A stretch of DNA of 64,000 nucleotides from an uncultured Clostridia bacterium (GCA_944336975.1 CALVLH010000006.1:6634-70633); one strand, 5' to 3'; shown: positions 44,630-53,943, counted from the first letter of the stretch. A program made the numbers and translations. Notes: generated by a model not told the origin, from the letters alone.

Positions 44630-45663
44630 AACACGACTCCGTCGTCGCTCTTTACGATTTCGCCCACGACGTAAGCCTCTTCGCCGTTCGCGCGCAGGAT
44701 CTCCACCGCGCGGTCGGCGTCCTTTTTCGCCACGACGACGCTCATGCCCACACCCATGTTGAACGTGTTGAACATATCGCGCTCGCCGATGTTGCCCTCT
44801 TTCTGAATCAGACGGAAAATGGGAAGCACCTTCACGTCCTCTTTTCTGATCTTCACGCCCAGCCCCTTGGGAATGGAACGGGGCATATTTTCATAGAACC
44901 CGCCGCCCGTGATGTGCGACACGCCCTTGACCTTCACCTGTCCGAACAGCGCGAGCATGGGCTTCACATAGATCTTGGTCGGGGTGAGCAGCGTTTCGCC
45001 CAGCGATCTGCCGCCCAGCTCTTCGCGGGGAGAAGTAAGATCGCAGTGTTCGATGTCGAGCACCTTTCTCACCAGCGAGAACCCGTTGGAATGCACGCCC
45101 GAGGAGGGAAGCGCGATCATGACGTCCCCTTCCTTCATGCTCTTGTTGTCCACCACCTTGTCGCGGTCGACGATGCCCACCGAAAATCCCGCGAGGTCGT
45201 ACTCGTCCTCGGGATAGAATCCGGGCATTTCCGCCGTCTCGCCGCCGATGAGCGCGCTGCCCGACTGCACGCAGCCTTCCGCGACGCCGCTCACGATCGC
45301 CGCGATCTTTTCGGGAACGTTCTTCCCGCAGGCGATATAATCGAGGAAGAAGAGCGGTTTCGCGCCGCAGCAGATGACGTCGTTCACGCACATCGCCACG
45401 CAGTCGATGCCCACCGTGTCGTGCTTGTCCATGAGGAAGGCGAGTTTGAGTTTGGTGCCCACGCCGTCCGTGCCCGAGACGAGGACGGGCTTCGCATAAC
45501 CCGTCAGATCGAGCGCGAACAGCCCGCCGAATCCGCCGATGTCGGAAGCGGTGCCCGCCGTCATCGTGCGAGCGATGTGCTTTTTCATGAGCTCCACCGC
45601 TTTATAACCCGCGGTGATGTCTACGCCCGCCTCTTTATAGCTTTCCGAAAAACTCTTTTCCAT
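44623..45663 (-). CDS. purM: phosphoribosylformylglycinamidine cyclo-ligase
   Basis: 346 aa. [41 protein letters not shown]. Confidence 0.97.
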   Translation of the reverse strand: MEKSFSESYKEAGVDITAGYKAVELMKKHIARTMTAGTASDIGGFGGLFALDLTGYAKPVLVSGTDGVGTKLKLAFLMDKHDTVGIDCVAMCVNDVICCGAKPLFFLDYIACGKNVPEKIAAIVSGVAEGCVQSGSALIGGETAEMPGFYPEDEYDLAGFSVGIVDRDKVVDNKSMKEGDVMIALPSSGVHSNGFSLVRKVLDIEHCDLTSPREELGGRSLGETLLTPTKIYVKPMLALFGQVKVKGVSHITGGGFYENMPRSIPKGLGVKIRKEDVKVLPIFRLIQKEGNIGERDMFNTFNMGVGMSVVVAKKDADRAVEILRANGEEAYVVGEIVKSDDGVVLC

Positions 45664-45673
45664 GTCTGCTCCT

Positions 45674-47119
45674 TCAGTTCTTCTTCTGGAATTTGGGGTT
45701 GGTGCTGATCTTCTGTTCGAAGCGGTTTTTGTTCGTAGACGTGGGGATGTCCGTGGGATAATTCCCGTCGAAGCAAGCGGCGCAGAACCCCGTGCCGTCC
45801 CCGCCCGTCAGCCGCATCGCGTGCTCGATGTCGAGATACCCGAGCGAATCGGTGCCGATGATCTTGGAGATCTCCTCCACCGAATGATGGCAGGCGATGA
45901 GATTTTCGCGCGAATCGATGTCCGTGCCGTAATAGCAGGGATTGAGGAAGGGCGGCGCGGAAGAGAGCATATGCACTTCCTTGGCGCCCGCGTCGCGCAG
46001 AAGCTTGACGATGCGCGCGCTCGTCGTGCCGCGGACGATGGAGTCGTCCACGAGGATCACCCTCTTATCCTTGATGACGGAAGTCACGACGTTGAGCTTG
46101 ATGCGCACTTTATCCTCGCGCACCTTCTGCCCGGGCGCGATGAACGTCCTGCCGATGTATTTGTTCTTGATGAACCCGATCCCGTACGGGATGCCCGATT
46201 TCTGCGAATAGCCGAGCGCGGCGTCCAGCCCGGAATCGGGCACGCCGATGACGATGTCCGCGTCGATGGGATACATCTCCGCGAGATACGCGCCCGCGCG
46301 GCGGCGCGCGTCGTGCACGCAGCAGCCGTCGATGACCGAATCGGGACGGGCAAAGTAGATATATTCGAACACGCACAGCGTCTTTTTGCAGCCGCAATGC
46401 TCGGTGTAGCTTTTGAGTCCGTCCTTGGAGATGACGAGCACTTCTCCCGGCTCGATCTCGCGCACCTTCTTCGCGCCGACGGAATCGAGCGCGCACGATT
46501 CGGAAGCGACGACGTAAGCGCCGTCCTCGCGCACCCCGTAGCACAGGGGGCGGAAGCCGTTGGGATCGCGCGCGGCTATGAGTTTGGACGGAGACATGAC
46601 GACGAGGGAATACGCCCCTTTGAGCTTGTCCATCGCCGCGATGACCGCCTGCTCGATGGAGCGCGACTTCACGCGCTCTTTGGTGATGATGTAGGAGATG
46701 ACTTCAGTATCCGACGTCGTGTGGAAAATGCTGCCCTCTTCTTCGAGCGCCGAACGCAGTTCGGAGGAATTGACGAGGTTCCCGTTGTGGGCGAGCGCCA
46801 TATTGCCTTTGAGGTGATTGACGACGATGGGTTGCGCGTTCTCTCTGCCGCCCGTGCCCGTCGTGCCGTAACGGACGTGCCCGATCGCCATGTTGCCTTC
46901 GCCCAGCCGTTCGAGGACGTCCGCCGTGAATACGTCGTTGACGAGCCCCACGTCTTTATAAGCCGAGAACACGCCGTCGTCGTTGACGACGATGCCCGCC
47001 GATTCCTGCCCGCGGTGTTGCAGCGCGAACAGCGCGTAATAGGTCGTGGACGCAAGGGGAAGCGTTTCCTGCGCGAAGATCCCGAATACGCCGCACTCTT
47101 CGTGAATGCTATTGCTCAT
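45674..47119 (-). CDS. purF: amidophosphoribosyltransferase
   Basis: 481 aa. N-terminus ...ECGVFGI (Ntn Cys), [19 protein letters not shown]-terminal Fe-S Cys residues. Confidence 0.97.
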   Translation of the reverse strand: MSNSIHEECGVFGIFAQETLPLASTTYYALFALQHRGQESAGIVVNDDGVFSAYKDVGLVNDVFTADVLERLGEGNMAIGHVRYGTTGTGGRENAQPIVVNHLKGNMALAHNGNLVNSSELRSALEEEGSIFHTTSDTEVISYIITKERVKSRSIEQAVIAAMDKLKGAYSLVVMSPSKLIAARDPNGFRPLCYGVREDGAYVVASESCALDSVGAKKVREIEPGEVLVISKDGLKSYTEHCGCKKTLCVFEYIYFARPDSVIDGCCVHDARRRAGAYLAEMYPIDADIVIGVPDSGLDAALGYSQKSGIPYGIGFIKNKYIGRTFIAPGQKVREDKVRIKLNVVTSVIKDKRVILVDDSIVRGTTSARIVKLLRDAGAKEVHMLSSAPPFLNPCYYGTDIDSRENLIACHHSVEEISKIIGTDSLGYLDIEHAMRLTGGDGTGFCAACFDGNYPTDIPTSTNKNRFEQKISTNPKFQKKN

Positions 47120-47125
47120 ATCCGC

Positions 47126-47836
47126 TCATTCCCCCATCAGGCGCTTGAAAACTTCCTTGTATGCGTCCTCGACGCCGCCCATATCCCTTCTGAAACGGTC
47201 CTTGTCCAGCTTTTCGTTGGTCTTGAGGTCCCAGAGGCGGCAGGTATCGGGAGAGATCTCGTCCGCGAGCACGATGATGCCGTCGGGCAGTCTGCCGAAT
47301 TCCAGCTTGAAGTCGACGAGGCGGATGCCGAGCGTCTTGAAATAAGCGATGAGCACTTCGTTGACCTTGAACGCGAGGCGTTTGATCGTCTCGATCTCTT
47401 CCTTGGTCGCGAGCTTTAACGCGAGCGCGTGATAGGAGTTGAGCAGAGGATCGCCCAGTTCGTCGTTCTTATAGGAAAACTCGATGGTCGGTTCGTCGAA
47501 CTGAATGCCCTCTGCCACGCCGTAGTGCTTCGCGAACGAACCCGCGGAGACGTTGCGGATGATGACTTCGAGCGGAACGATGGAGACCTTCTTCACGAGC
47601 GTGTCGCGGTCGGAAAGCTCCTTGACGAAATGGGTGGGAACGCCCTGCTTTTCTAAAAGCTGCATGAGCATATTGGACATCCTGTTGTTGACGATGCCCT
47701 TTCCGACGATCGTGCCCTTTTTCAGCCCGTTGAACGCCGTCGCGTCGTCCTTGTAGGACACGATGCACAGGTTCTCGTCTTCGGTCGCAAACACCTTCTT
47801 TGCCTTGCCTTCGTACAACTGAACGGTCTTTTCCAT
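47126..47836 (-). CDS. purC: phosphoribosylaminoimidazole-succinocarboxamide synthase
   Basis: 236 aa. LYEGKAKKV, PLEVIIRN, LVDFKLEFG, ADEISPDTCRLWD. Confidence 0.97.
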   Translation of the reverse strand: MEKTVQLYEGKAKKVFATEDENLCIVSYKDDATAFNGLKKGTIVGKGIVNNRMSNMLMQLLEKQGVPTHFVKELSDRDTLVKKVSIVPLEVIIRNVSAGSFAKHYGVAEGIQFDEPTIEFSYKNDELGDPLLNSYHALALKLATKEEIETIKRLAFKVNEVLIAYFKTLGIRLVDFKLEFGRLPDGIIVLADEISPDTCRLWDLKTNEKLDKDRFRRDMGGVEDAYKEVFKRLMGE

Positions 47837-47859
47837 AAAATTTCTTCTCCTTTGTCAGA

Positions 47860-48354
47860 TTATAAACCGTATTTCGCCGAGATCTCGGCGTTTTTTGCAA
47901 GTACCTTTTCCGCCGCGGACTTTCTCGCCGCGACGAGTTTCGCGCGCAGTCCCTCATCGCTCACCGCGAGGATCTCCGCCGCGAGGAGCGCCGCGTTCGC
48001 CGCGCCGTCGATCGCCACCGTCGCCACGGGGATGCCGGAGGGCATCTGCACGGTGGAAAGAAGGGCGTCCAGCCCGTCCAGCGTGGAGCTCTTGACAGGG
48101 ATCCCGATGACGGGAAGCACCGTATTCGCCGCGAGCGCACCCGCCAGGTGCGCCGCTTTGCCCGCCGCCGCGATGATCGCGCCGAAGCCGTTTTCCGCGG
48201 CGTTCGCCGAGAACGCGCGCGCCTCTTCGGGCGTCCTGTGCGCCGAATAGACGTGCACCTCGAAGGGAATGCCGTACGTGCGGAAGACCTCGAACGCCTT
48301 TTCCACAACGGGAAGATCGCTGTCGCTGCCCATGATAACCGCTACTTTCTTCAT
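47860..48354 (-). CDS. purE: 5-(carboxyamino)imidazole ribonucleotide mutase
   Basis: 164 aa from MKKVAVIMGSDSDLPV (SD GGAGGT upstream). AHRTP, AGKAAHLAG. The ORF-track extension to 48426 runs into the leader or riboswitch and was rejected. Confidence 0.95.
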   Translation of the reverse strand: MKKVAVIMGSDSDLPVVEKAFEVFRTYGIPFEVHVYSAHRTPEEARAFSANAAENGFGAIIAAAGKAAHLAGALAANTVLPVIGIPVKSSTLDGLDALLSTVQMPSGIPVATVAIDGAANAALLAAEILAVSDEGLRAKLVAARKSAAEKVLAKNAEISAKYGL

Positions 48355-48370
48355 AAAAATACCTCCGTAA

Positions 48371-48413
48371 ACGCAAAACAGGGCAGTTCTATCCCTCACG
48401 AATAGAACTGCCC
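48371..48413 (-). terminator. rho-independent terminator forming the expression platform of the leader upstream of purE
   Basis: Minus strand: GGGCAGTTCTAT-tcgtgaggg-ATAGAACTGCCC followed by TGTTTTGCGTTT. Its 5' arm overlaps the CUGGGCAG element of the candidate aptamer. Confidence 0.65.
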
Positions 48414-48480
48414 AGTCGGACGACATAAAATTTCTGCTCTTTGCTCCCTTGCGGTGTCCCGCTTTCCGACAGTCGCAAAA
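48405..48480 (-). ncRNA. candidate ZTP (pfl-motif) riboswitch aptamer
   Basis: Minus-strand RNA: UUUGC-GACUGUCGGAAA-GCGG-gaca-CCGC-AAGGGA-GCAAA ... GUCGUCCGACUGGGCAG. This matches the recalled pfl hallmarks: GACUGnCGG, a short P2 hairpin, P1 closure (UUUGC/GCAAA) and the 3' CCGnCUGGGC element. It is compared from memory with the Fusobacterium ulcerans ZTP aptamer. Context (pur operon incl. purH and fhs) fits. Confidence 0.6.
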
Positions 48481-48505
48481 AACAATTGATGAAATTCATG
48501 TCTAT

Positions 48506-48535
48506 ATTATATCCTAACCCGCCCCCGCAAGTCAA
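48506..48535 (-). promoter_or_regulatory. sigma-A promoter candidate for the pur-fhs-mutY operon
   Basis: Minus strand: TTGACT (48535-48530), 18-nt spacer, TATAAT (48511-48506). Confidence 0.6.
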
Positions 48536-48582
48536 GCGTTCCGCCGCCCCTTTCGGCGAAATTCTCCCGCGCGCGGGGCGTT

Positions 48583-49356
48583 TTATCCGAACGCGACGTC
48601 GAGGATCATCATCAGGCAAAACCCGAGCACGACGCCCGCGCTTGCGACCGTCTTGTTTCCCGAAAAGCATTCGGGGATGAGCTCGGAACAGACGACCGCG
48701 ATCATCGCGCCCGCAGAAAAGGCGAGCGCCCACGGCATGAGCCCCGCGATCGCCGCCGCGGCGACCGCCCCCAGCACGCACGCGGGGATCTCCACCGCGC
48801 CCGAGCCTTGCGAAAAGAGAAAACTGCGCACGGGGCTCAGCCCCTTCTGCCGCAGGGGAAAGGCGACGCACATCCCCTCGGGAAAATTCTGCACCCCGAT
48901 GCCGAACGCGAGGAGAAGCGCCGAAACCGCGGCGCCCTCCGCGCCCGCCGCTTGCGCGAACGCCACCCCTACCGCCATCCCCTCGGGAATGTTATGTAAG
49001 GTGACGGCAAAATACAGCAACGCGCTCTTGCTGTCCCCGATCGCCGTGAAGCGGAACTGCGCGCGAGAGAGCGCGAGATCGGACAGAACGATGAAGGCGC
49101 CGCCCAGAAAGAACGCGATCGTGACGGCGAGCCCGTCGGGAAGCGGCGTATCGTATTCGAGCGCGGGCAGAAGGAGCGAGAAAAAGCTCGCCGCGATCAT
49201 GATCCCCGCCGCCGCGCCCGTGAGCGCCGTCAGAAAATTCTTCCCGATCCTGCCCGAAAAAAAGACAAACGAGGCGCCGAGCGTTGTCATCGCGTACATG
49301 AACAGAGACGCGAGCAGCGCCTGCAACGCCGTATCCAGCGAACAAAACCATTGCAT
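48583..49356 (-). CDS. ZIP-family divalent metal (zinc) transporter
   Basis: 257 aa, about 8 TM helices. Signature HNIPEGMAVGVAF and second QNFPEGM motif (ZupT/GufA-like). Confidence 0.88.
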   Translation of the reverse strand: MQWFCSLDTALQALLASLFMYAMTTLGASFVFFSGRIGKNFLTALTGAAAGIMIAASFFSLLLPALEYDTPLPDGLAVTIAFFLGGAFIVLSDLALSRAQFRFTAIGDSKSALLYFAVTLHNIPEGMAVGVAFAQAAGAEGAAVSALLLAFGIGVQNFPEGMCVAFPLRQKGLSPVRSFLFSQGSGAVEIPACVLGAVAAAAIAGLMPWALAFSAGAMIAVVCSELIPECFSGNKTVASAGVVLGFCLMMILDVAFG

Positions 49357-49475
49357 TGGTGAAATACCCCCGAAAAATCACAGTCATTTCATCCTATGCC
49401 GAGGCCGTGCGAAAGGTACCGTCCCCTTTCGGACAATTTCCATCGTTTTTTTGCGGGAAAATTTTGCTGTGAACC

Positions 49476-49504
49476 TTGACAATTATCCGATTGTGTACTA
49501 TAAT
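49476..49504 (+). promoter_or_regulatory. sigma-A promoter candidate for the 49538 membrane-protein gene
   Basis: TTGACA (49476-49481), 17-nt spacer, TATAAT (49499-49504). Confidence 0.55.
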
Positions 49505-49537
49505 GTGAGAAAGGATTATAAGATAGGGGAGTATATT

Positions 49538-50038
49538 ATGGAATTTTTGAATGTGTTGTCCTTGCTCGTTCTCGGTTTCATGCTCATATTCTACGGATTC
49601 ATGGCAAACCGCTCCGAGAACAACGTTTCGTTTTTCCTCTGCGTGGGGCTGATCTGCTTCATCGCAAACCTGTGCACTATTTCCGGAGGCGCTTGGCTGG
49701 CGGCGATCCTCTTCCTCATCATCGGGCTTGGGTTCCTCGGCCTCGGCTTTGTCGTAAACCGCCACAAAGCGACCGAATTCTACACCTCCATCGGCCCTTG
49801 GTTCAAGAAGACGTTCACCAACAAATCTCTGATCGGCTGGCAGGCGCTTTCCATGATCGTCCCTCCCGCAGGCGCAGTTCTCTACTTCGTTTGGTATAAA
49901 AACGAAGCAAAGCACGACGTTTGCCTCGAATGCGGCAGAAACGCGCTTTGGGGGATCCTCCTCTGGCTGTGCCTGATCTGGCTCATCGTCGGCATGATCA
50001 ACGGTCATGCGGCTCCCGAGGTCACCGCGCTTCTCTGA
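49538..50038 (+). CDS. hypothetical small membrane protein (166 aa, about 4 TM)
   Basis: MEFLNVLSLLVLGFMLIFYGF... Hydrophobic segments. It has its own promoter and terminator. The ORF-track extension back to 48653 is antisense to the ZIP gene and was rejected. Confidence 0.6.
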   Translation: MEFLNVLSLLVLGFMLIFYGFMANRSENNVSFFLCVGLICFIANLCTISGGAWLAAILFLIIGLGFLGLGFVVNRHKATEFYTSIGPWFKKTFTNKSLIGWQALSMIVPPAGAVLYFVWYKNEAKHDVCLECGRNALWGILLWLCLIWLIVGMINGHAAPEVTALL

Positions 50039-50051
50039 TTTTATAAAAACC

Positions 50052-50085
50052 ACGCCTCCGTCTGCAGACGGAGGCGTTTTCTTTT
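50052..50085. terminator. rho-independent terminator (usable in both directions)
   Basis: ACGCCTCCGTC-tgca-GACGGAGGCGT followed by TTTTCTTTT, preceded by ATAAAAAC. Confidence 0.75.
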
Positions 50086-50150
50086 GGGTGAATTATGCTA
50101 TTAAGTGTAGCACTTGGTTTGACAATTCGCCTTTTGCCTGCGGCGGCTGC

Positions 50151-50678
50151 TTACGACGGGCCGTATTTCCCCGTTCTCCCGTCGCGGAAGAGAAAGTTTT
50201 CGGGCGGATGAAACGTGAACGTCAGGTAACAGATCGCGATGAGCGCGATCCCGACCGCCGCGGCAATCGCGCACCACGGCGGCAAAGCTTCGCCCGTCAG
50301 TGCGCGAAAGCTCAGTCCGAACGCGATCGCCACGGAACAAAAATAGATGAGTATATCCGCGGGCAGTTTCGCCTCCCCCGTCAGGGCGGTATAGGAATAA
50401 AAGACCGCGGGGATGAGGAGCATCGGCGCGGCAAGCGCGAGAAAAAAACTCACCGCCTTGTTTTCCCCCTCGATCAGCGGCAGCCCGACGGCAAAAAACA
50501 GAAACGTGGGAAAGAGCGCGAGTTTAAGGTGTTCCCAGGTACTCTCGTTCGCGGCGAACAGAAGAGCGGCGGATTTCTTTTTCCCGCTCCATTTGTAAAA
50601 GAAATGCGACAGAGCGCCGAATGCGGAGACGAAAAGAAATCCCGCGAGACAGAAAATGACGGCATGCATTCGTTCCAT
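50151..50678 (-). CDS. hypothetical polytopic membrane protein (175 aa; possibly DUF6512-like)
   Basis: Five hydrophobic segments. The conserved-looking motif NESTWEHLKLALFP matches my recollection of a Firmicutes DUF family. The family name is unverified. Confidence 0.6.
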   Translation of the reverse strand: MERMHAVIFCLAGFLFVSAFGALSHFFYKWSGKKKSAALLFAANESTWEHLKLALFPTFLFFAVGLPLIEGENKAVSFFLALAAPMLLIPAVFYSYTALTGEAKLPADILIYFCSVAIAFGLSFRALTGEALPPWCAIAAAVGIALIAICYLTFTFHPPENFLFRDGRTGKYGPS

Positions 50679-50789
50679 GAAAAGATTGTATGCTTTTGCG
50701 CGGCGCCGTATTCCTCTCCTCTCTCCCGCAACGCCTGTCTTTGAAAAAGGCGCTTGCCTCCGAACAGATCAGTTCAGTGCTGTCATCTT

Positions 50790-50829
50790 CAAAAAACGGA
50801 GCGCACCCCCATCGGGCGGTGCGCTCCGT
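50790..50829 (-). terminator. rho-independent terminator after the GH43 gene
   Basis: Stem ACGGAGCGCAC ... GTGCGCTCCGT (50796-50829). On the minus strand it is followed by TTTTTT (50796-50791). Confidence 0.7.
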
Positions 50830-50847
50830 TTTCTCCCTGCAGGAGTT

Positions 50848-52395
50848 TTATTTCGCCTTTTTGTGATAGGAATTGAGATACAGCGCCATGCCGTTCTTCG
50901 TTCCCATGGCGGAGACGGTGATCCCCGCGCGGTTCTGTTCGACGATCCATGCGGGCATGATCCTGCCGAGATATTCCTTCCCGTCCGCGACGATGCGCAT
51001 ATATTTCCCGCCGTACAGTTCCCACGTCCCCTTATGCGCGCCGCCCAGCTTTCCGTTCGCATACAGGCGCACGCGCGCCGCCTTGGTAAGGTGTTCCTGT
51101 TCGGCGTCCTGTTTGAATACGACCATGCTGAACGCGCCGCCGCTGACCGCGAGGAATTCCTCTTTCGTGATCTCCTGTCCGACGTCCTCTCCCGCAAAGC
51201 GGTTGGGGTTCATCACGGGCCATCCGTCCGAATTGAAGGAATACTGATTGACGAACAGGAAATGGGGCACGAACTTCTTGCGGATCTTGGCGGGCACGTC
51301 CGCGGGCACGGGAAGCCCGTGCGTGCGGCAATGGTAGGAAATGACGTTGCGCCCGTCCTTCGTGATCATCATGTCATTGTGCCCGGGGCAGAAATAATCG
51401 AACTTGCTGTGTTCCCAGCGGAAAGAGCCCATCATCTTGTTCCCGCTTCCGACGTCCGTCGCGCAGACGAGCGTATTCCCGTTCACGTCCACATACGGCC
51501 CGTAAACGCTCTCGCTCCTGCCGCAACGCATATTATAGACGGTGGAAAGCGAACCGAAGGAGCACATCAGATAGTAATAATTTTTCTTCTTGCGCTCCCC
51601 GTTCTCGATGACCTCCACTCCTTCGTGATACTTGATGACGCCCCCTTCCATGGAACCGCTCGTGAGGTGTACGCCGAAATACTCGTCGAACGAACAGCGC
51701 CCTTCGTCGTAATCGGCGCGGACGCGTCCGTCCGCACGGCGTCCCGTCGCCTTGTCGAGATCGATGAGATACAGCCCCATGCCGTAAGAGCCGTAAATCA
51801 TGTGCATCCCGCCCTCCGCGTCATAGACGATCTGAGGATCGATCGCGTTGGGGCTGCGCCAGCCCGCCGCCGAGCAGACGATGAGATCGTCAAAGACGTA
51901 CGGCCCCGTCACGCAGTCGGACTTTGCCACGCCGATGCACGAGCGCGAACCGCCGAAATATCCCGTCAGGCAGAAATACAGCCAGTATTTCCCGTCCGCG
52001 CCCTTGGTAACATAGGGCGCCCAGAAGCTCATCTCGCCGCTCTCTTTGGTGCAGATCTGCAAAGGAGATTCCTCTTTTTTGGTCACGCACCAGTCGTAGG
52101 CGGTCTGTAACCCGCCGAAGCAATCGTGCGCCCTGCGCTCGGCATAAGCCTCTTCCGAGCCCTTCAGCTCGAACGCCGTGCCGAGAAACGTCCAATGGAT
52201 GAGGTCGGGCGAGCGCCGCACCTGATACCCTCTCGTCCCGAACGTATCCGTCGAAAAGGCGTAATACATCCCGTCGTCGTCCTGAAAGAGCGAGGGATCG
52301 TGCGCCCAGCATTCTTTGATGTCCTGATCCGCGTCCGTCCGTCTCTTCACCACGAGGGGATCGAACGCGGGATCATTGGGAAAACGGTAACTCAT
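50848..52395 (-). CDS. glycoside hydrolase family 43 protein (arabinanase/arabinofuranosidase/xylosidase-like), no signal peptide
   Basis: 515 aa. WAHDPSLFQDDDGMYYAFSTD, IGVAKSD...GPY, NAIDPQIVYDAEGG, MEGGVIKYHEG...YYLMCSFG (5-bladed propeller catalytic Asp/Asp/Glu pattern) plus a C-terminal beta-sandwich-like region. Confidence 0.85.
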   Translation of the reverse strand: MSYRFPNDPAFDPLVVKRRTDADQDIKECWAHDPSLFQDDDGMYYAFSTDTFGTRGYQVRRSPDLIHWTFLGTAFELKGSEEAYAERRAHDCFGGLQTAYDWCVTKKEESPLQICTKESGEMSFWAPYVTKGADGKYWLYFCLTGYFGGSRSCIGVAKSDCVTGPYVFDDLIVCSAAGWRSPNAIDPQIVYDAEGGMHMIYGSYGMGLYLIDLDKATGRRADGRVRADYDEGRCSFDEYFGVHLTSGSMEGGVIKYHEGVEVIENGERKKKNYYYLMCSFGSLSTVYNMRCGRSESVYGPYVDVNGNTLVCATDVGSGNKMMGSFRWEHSKFDYFCPGHNDMMITKDGRNVISYHCRTHGLPVPADVPAKIRKKFVPHFLFVNQYSFNSDGWPVMNPNRFAGEDVGQEITKEEFLAVSGGAFSMVVFKQDAEQEHLTKAARVRLYANGKLGGAHKGTWELYGGKYMRIVADGKEYLGRIMPAWIVEQNRAGITVSAMGTKNGMALYLNSYHKKAK

Positions 52396-53789
52396 TTTTC
52401 TTCACACTCCTCTGCGGGCTTTTCTTCCGCCGCAGAAACGTTTTTTGTTTTTTTCTTCCATTGCACGAAGAAGGCGACAATCAGGAAGAGGAAAGCCGCC
52501 ACGAGCGCACAGGGCGTCGCAAAGCTCAGCCCCATGAAGCCGAAATGCTCGCCGAGCACCCACGCCGTCGCACAGCGCATGGGAAGTTCGACCAGGCAGG
52601 AAAGGAAGGGCAACAGGGAATTGTGCATGCTCTGTATGGCGCATCGCAATACGGGCACGGGCACCCAGATGAGATAGAACGCGGTATTGATATAGAGGAA
52701 CGTCCGCACGTTGAGGAAGAGTTCCTCGTTCCACTCTTTGAGAAACAGTCCCACAATGGGACGCGCACAGAGCAAGAGCGCGGCGGCGAGCAGAGCGCTG
52801 ACCGCCCACGAACAGACGAGGATCCAACCCATGCCCTTTTTGATGCGGTCGAAGCGCCGTGCGCCGAAATTCTGCGCGACGAAGCCCGAGATGACCGTGC
52901 CGAAGGTGTTGATGACCGTGCCCGCCATGTTGTTGACGCTGTTGCTCGTCGCATACGCCGCCATGACGGAAGAACCCATGTCGTTGACCTTCGCCTGCAC
53001 GATGACCGCGCCGAGCATGATCATGGACTGCTGGAATGCCATGGGGATCGCCATCTTGATCTCCTCCGCCCATACCTTGCCCGAAGCCCCTTCCGCGCGG
53101 CGGCGGAAGAAGTTGAACTGCGGATAGTGCCGAAGGAAAAACACGAGCGCGAGCGCCGCGCTGACGAGCTGGGAGATCACCGTCGCGATCGCCACGCCCG
53201 CCACGCCCCATCGGAACCAGAGCATGAACACGAGATTGAGCACCACGTTGATGACCGCAGACGCCACGAGCATGATGACGGGCGAACGGCTGTCGCCCAG
53301 CGTGCGCAGGAGATTGGTGTGCGCGTTGTTGAACATGGTGACGACCGCGCAACCGACGATGATATAGAGATACGTCCGCGAATACCCCATGCACTCGTCC
53401 GGCACGTTGGTCACGCGGAGCAGAGGCTCCGCGCACAGCACGCCCGCGAGCGTGAAGAAAACGCCTGCGATCAGGCTGAGCTTTTCGCTTACAACGATCG
53501 CCCGCAACGTTCCCTCTTCGTTGCCCGCGCCGTAGTTGATGCCGACGATGACCACGATCCCCGCGGAAAATCCGCCGATCAGCGAGGTGAGAAGCCCGCT
53601 CGTCGTACCCGCGGCGTTGACCGCCGCCATCTGCGTTTCGCCCAGCCATTTCCCGACCATCGCCGTATCGAACACGTTGTACAGATATTGGATGAGCGCA
53701 CTGACGAGGATGGGCACGGCATAGACGAGCATCGTCTGCAATATGGGACCTTTCGTAAGGTCATATCCCGATTTTTTTACCCGTTCCAT
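52392..53789 (-). CDS. MATE-family efflux transporter
   Basis: 465 aa, 12 TM. DLTKGPILQTMLVYAVPILVS N-terminus typical of MATE/NorM-like proteins. The stop overlaps the GH43 start by 4 nt. Confidence 0.92.
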   Translation of the reverse strand: MERVKKSGYDLTKGPILQTMLVYAVPILVSALIQYLYNVFDTAMVGKWLGETQMAAVNAAGTTSGLLTSLIGGFSAGIVVIVGINYGAGNEEGTLRAIVVSEKLSLIAGVFFTLAGVLCAEPLLRVTNVPDECMGYSRTYLYIIVGCAVVTMFNNAHTNLLRTLGDSRSPVIMLVASAVINVVLNLVFMLWFRWGVAGVAIATVISQLVSAALALVFFLRHYPQFNFFRRRAEGASGKVWAEEIKMAIPMAFQQSMIMLGAVIVQAKVNDMGSSVMAAYATSNSVNNMAGTVINTFGTVISGFVAQNFGARRFDRIKKGMGWILVCSWAVSALLAAALLLCARPIVGLFLKEWNEELFLNVRTFLYINTAFYLIWVPVPVLRCAIQSMHNSLLPFLSCLVELPMRCATAWVLGEHFGFMGLSFATPCALVAAFLFLIVAFFVQWKKKTKNVSAAEEKPAEECEEK

Positions 53790-53799
53790 TTCCGATCCG

Positions 53800-53826
53800 A
53801 AAAAAAAGATGCGGTATCACCGCATC
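53800..53826 (-). promoter_or_regulatory. promoter-proximal hairpin + U8 (terminator-like) in the leader of the MATE gene
   Basis: Minus strand: GATGCGGT-gat-ACCGCATC followed by TTTTTTTT (53807-53800). It starts within about 8 nt of the -10 box and ends 10 nt before the ATG. Confidence 0.45.
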
Positions 53827-53833
53827 TGCCGCT

Positions 53834-53861
53834 ATTATAGCACGCAAAAAAAGATTGTCAA
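53834..53861 (-). promoter_or_regulatory. sigma-A promoter candidate for MATE-GH43
   Basis: Minus strand: TTGACA (53861-53856), 16-nt spacer, TATAAT (53839-53834). Confidence 0.55.
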
Positions 53862-53891
53862 CCGAAAAAGCGCATTTTTTATTATTTTACG

Positions 53892-53923
53892 CAAAAATAA
53901 ACGGGAGCGCGGCGCGCCCCCGT
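53892..53923 (-). terminator. rho-independent terminator after galM
   Basis: Stem ACGGGAGCGC/GCGCCCCCGT region (53901-53923). On the minus strand it is followed by TTTATTTTT. Confidence 0.65.
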
Positions 53924-53943
53924 TTTCTGCGCCCGAAGGCGGA

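Noticed and set aside
48355-48505. Purine (guanine/adenine) riboswitch upstream of purE
   Set aside because: I could not find the characteristic three-way junction with the conserved loop-loop sequences. The leader fits the ZTP/pfl pattern better (see findings).
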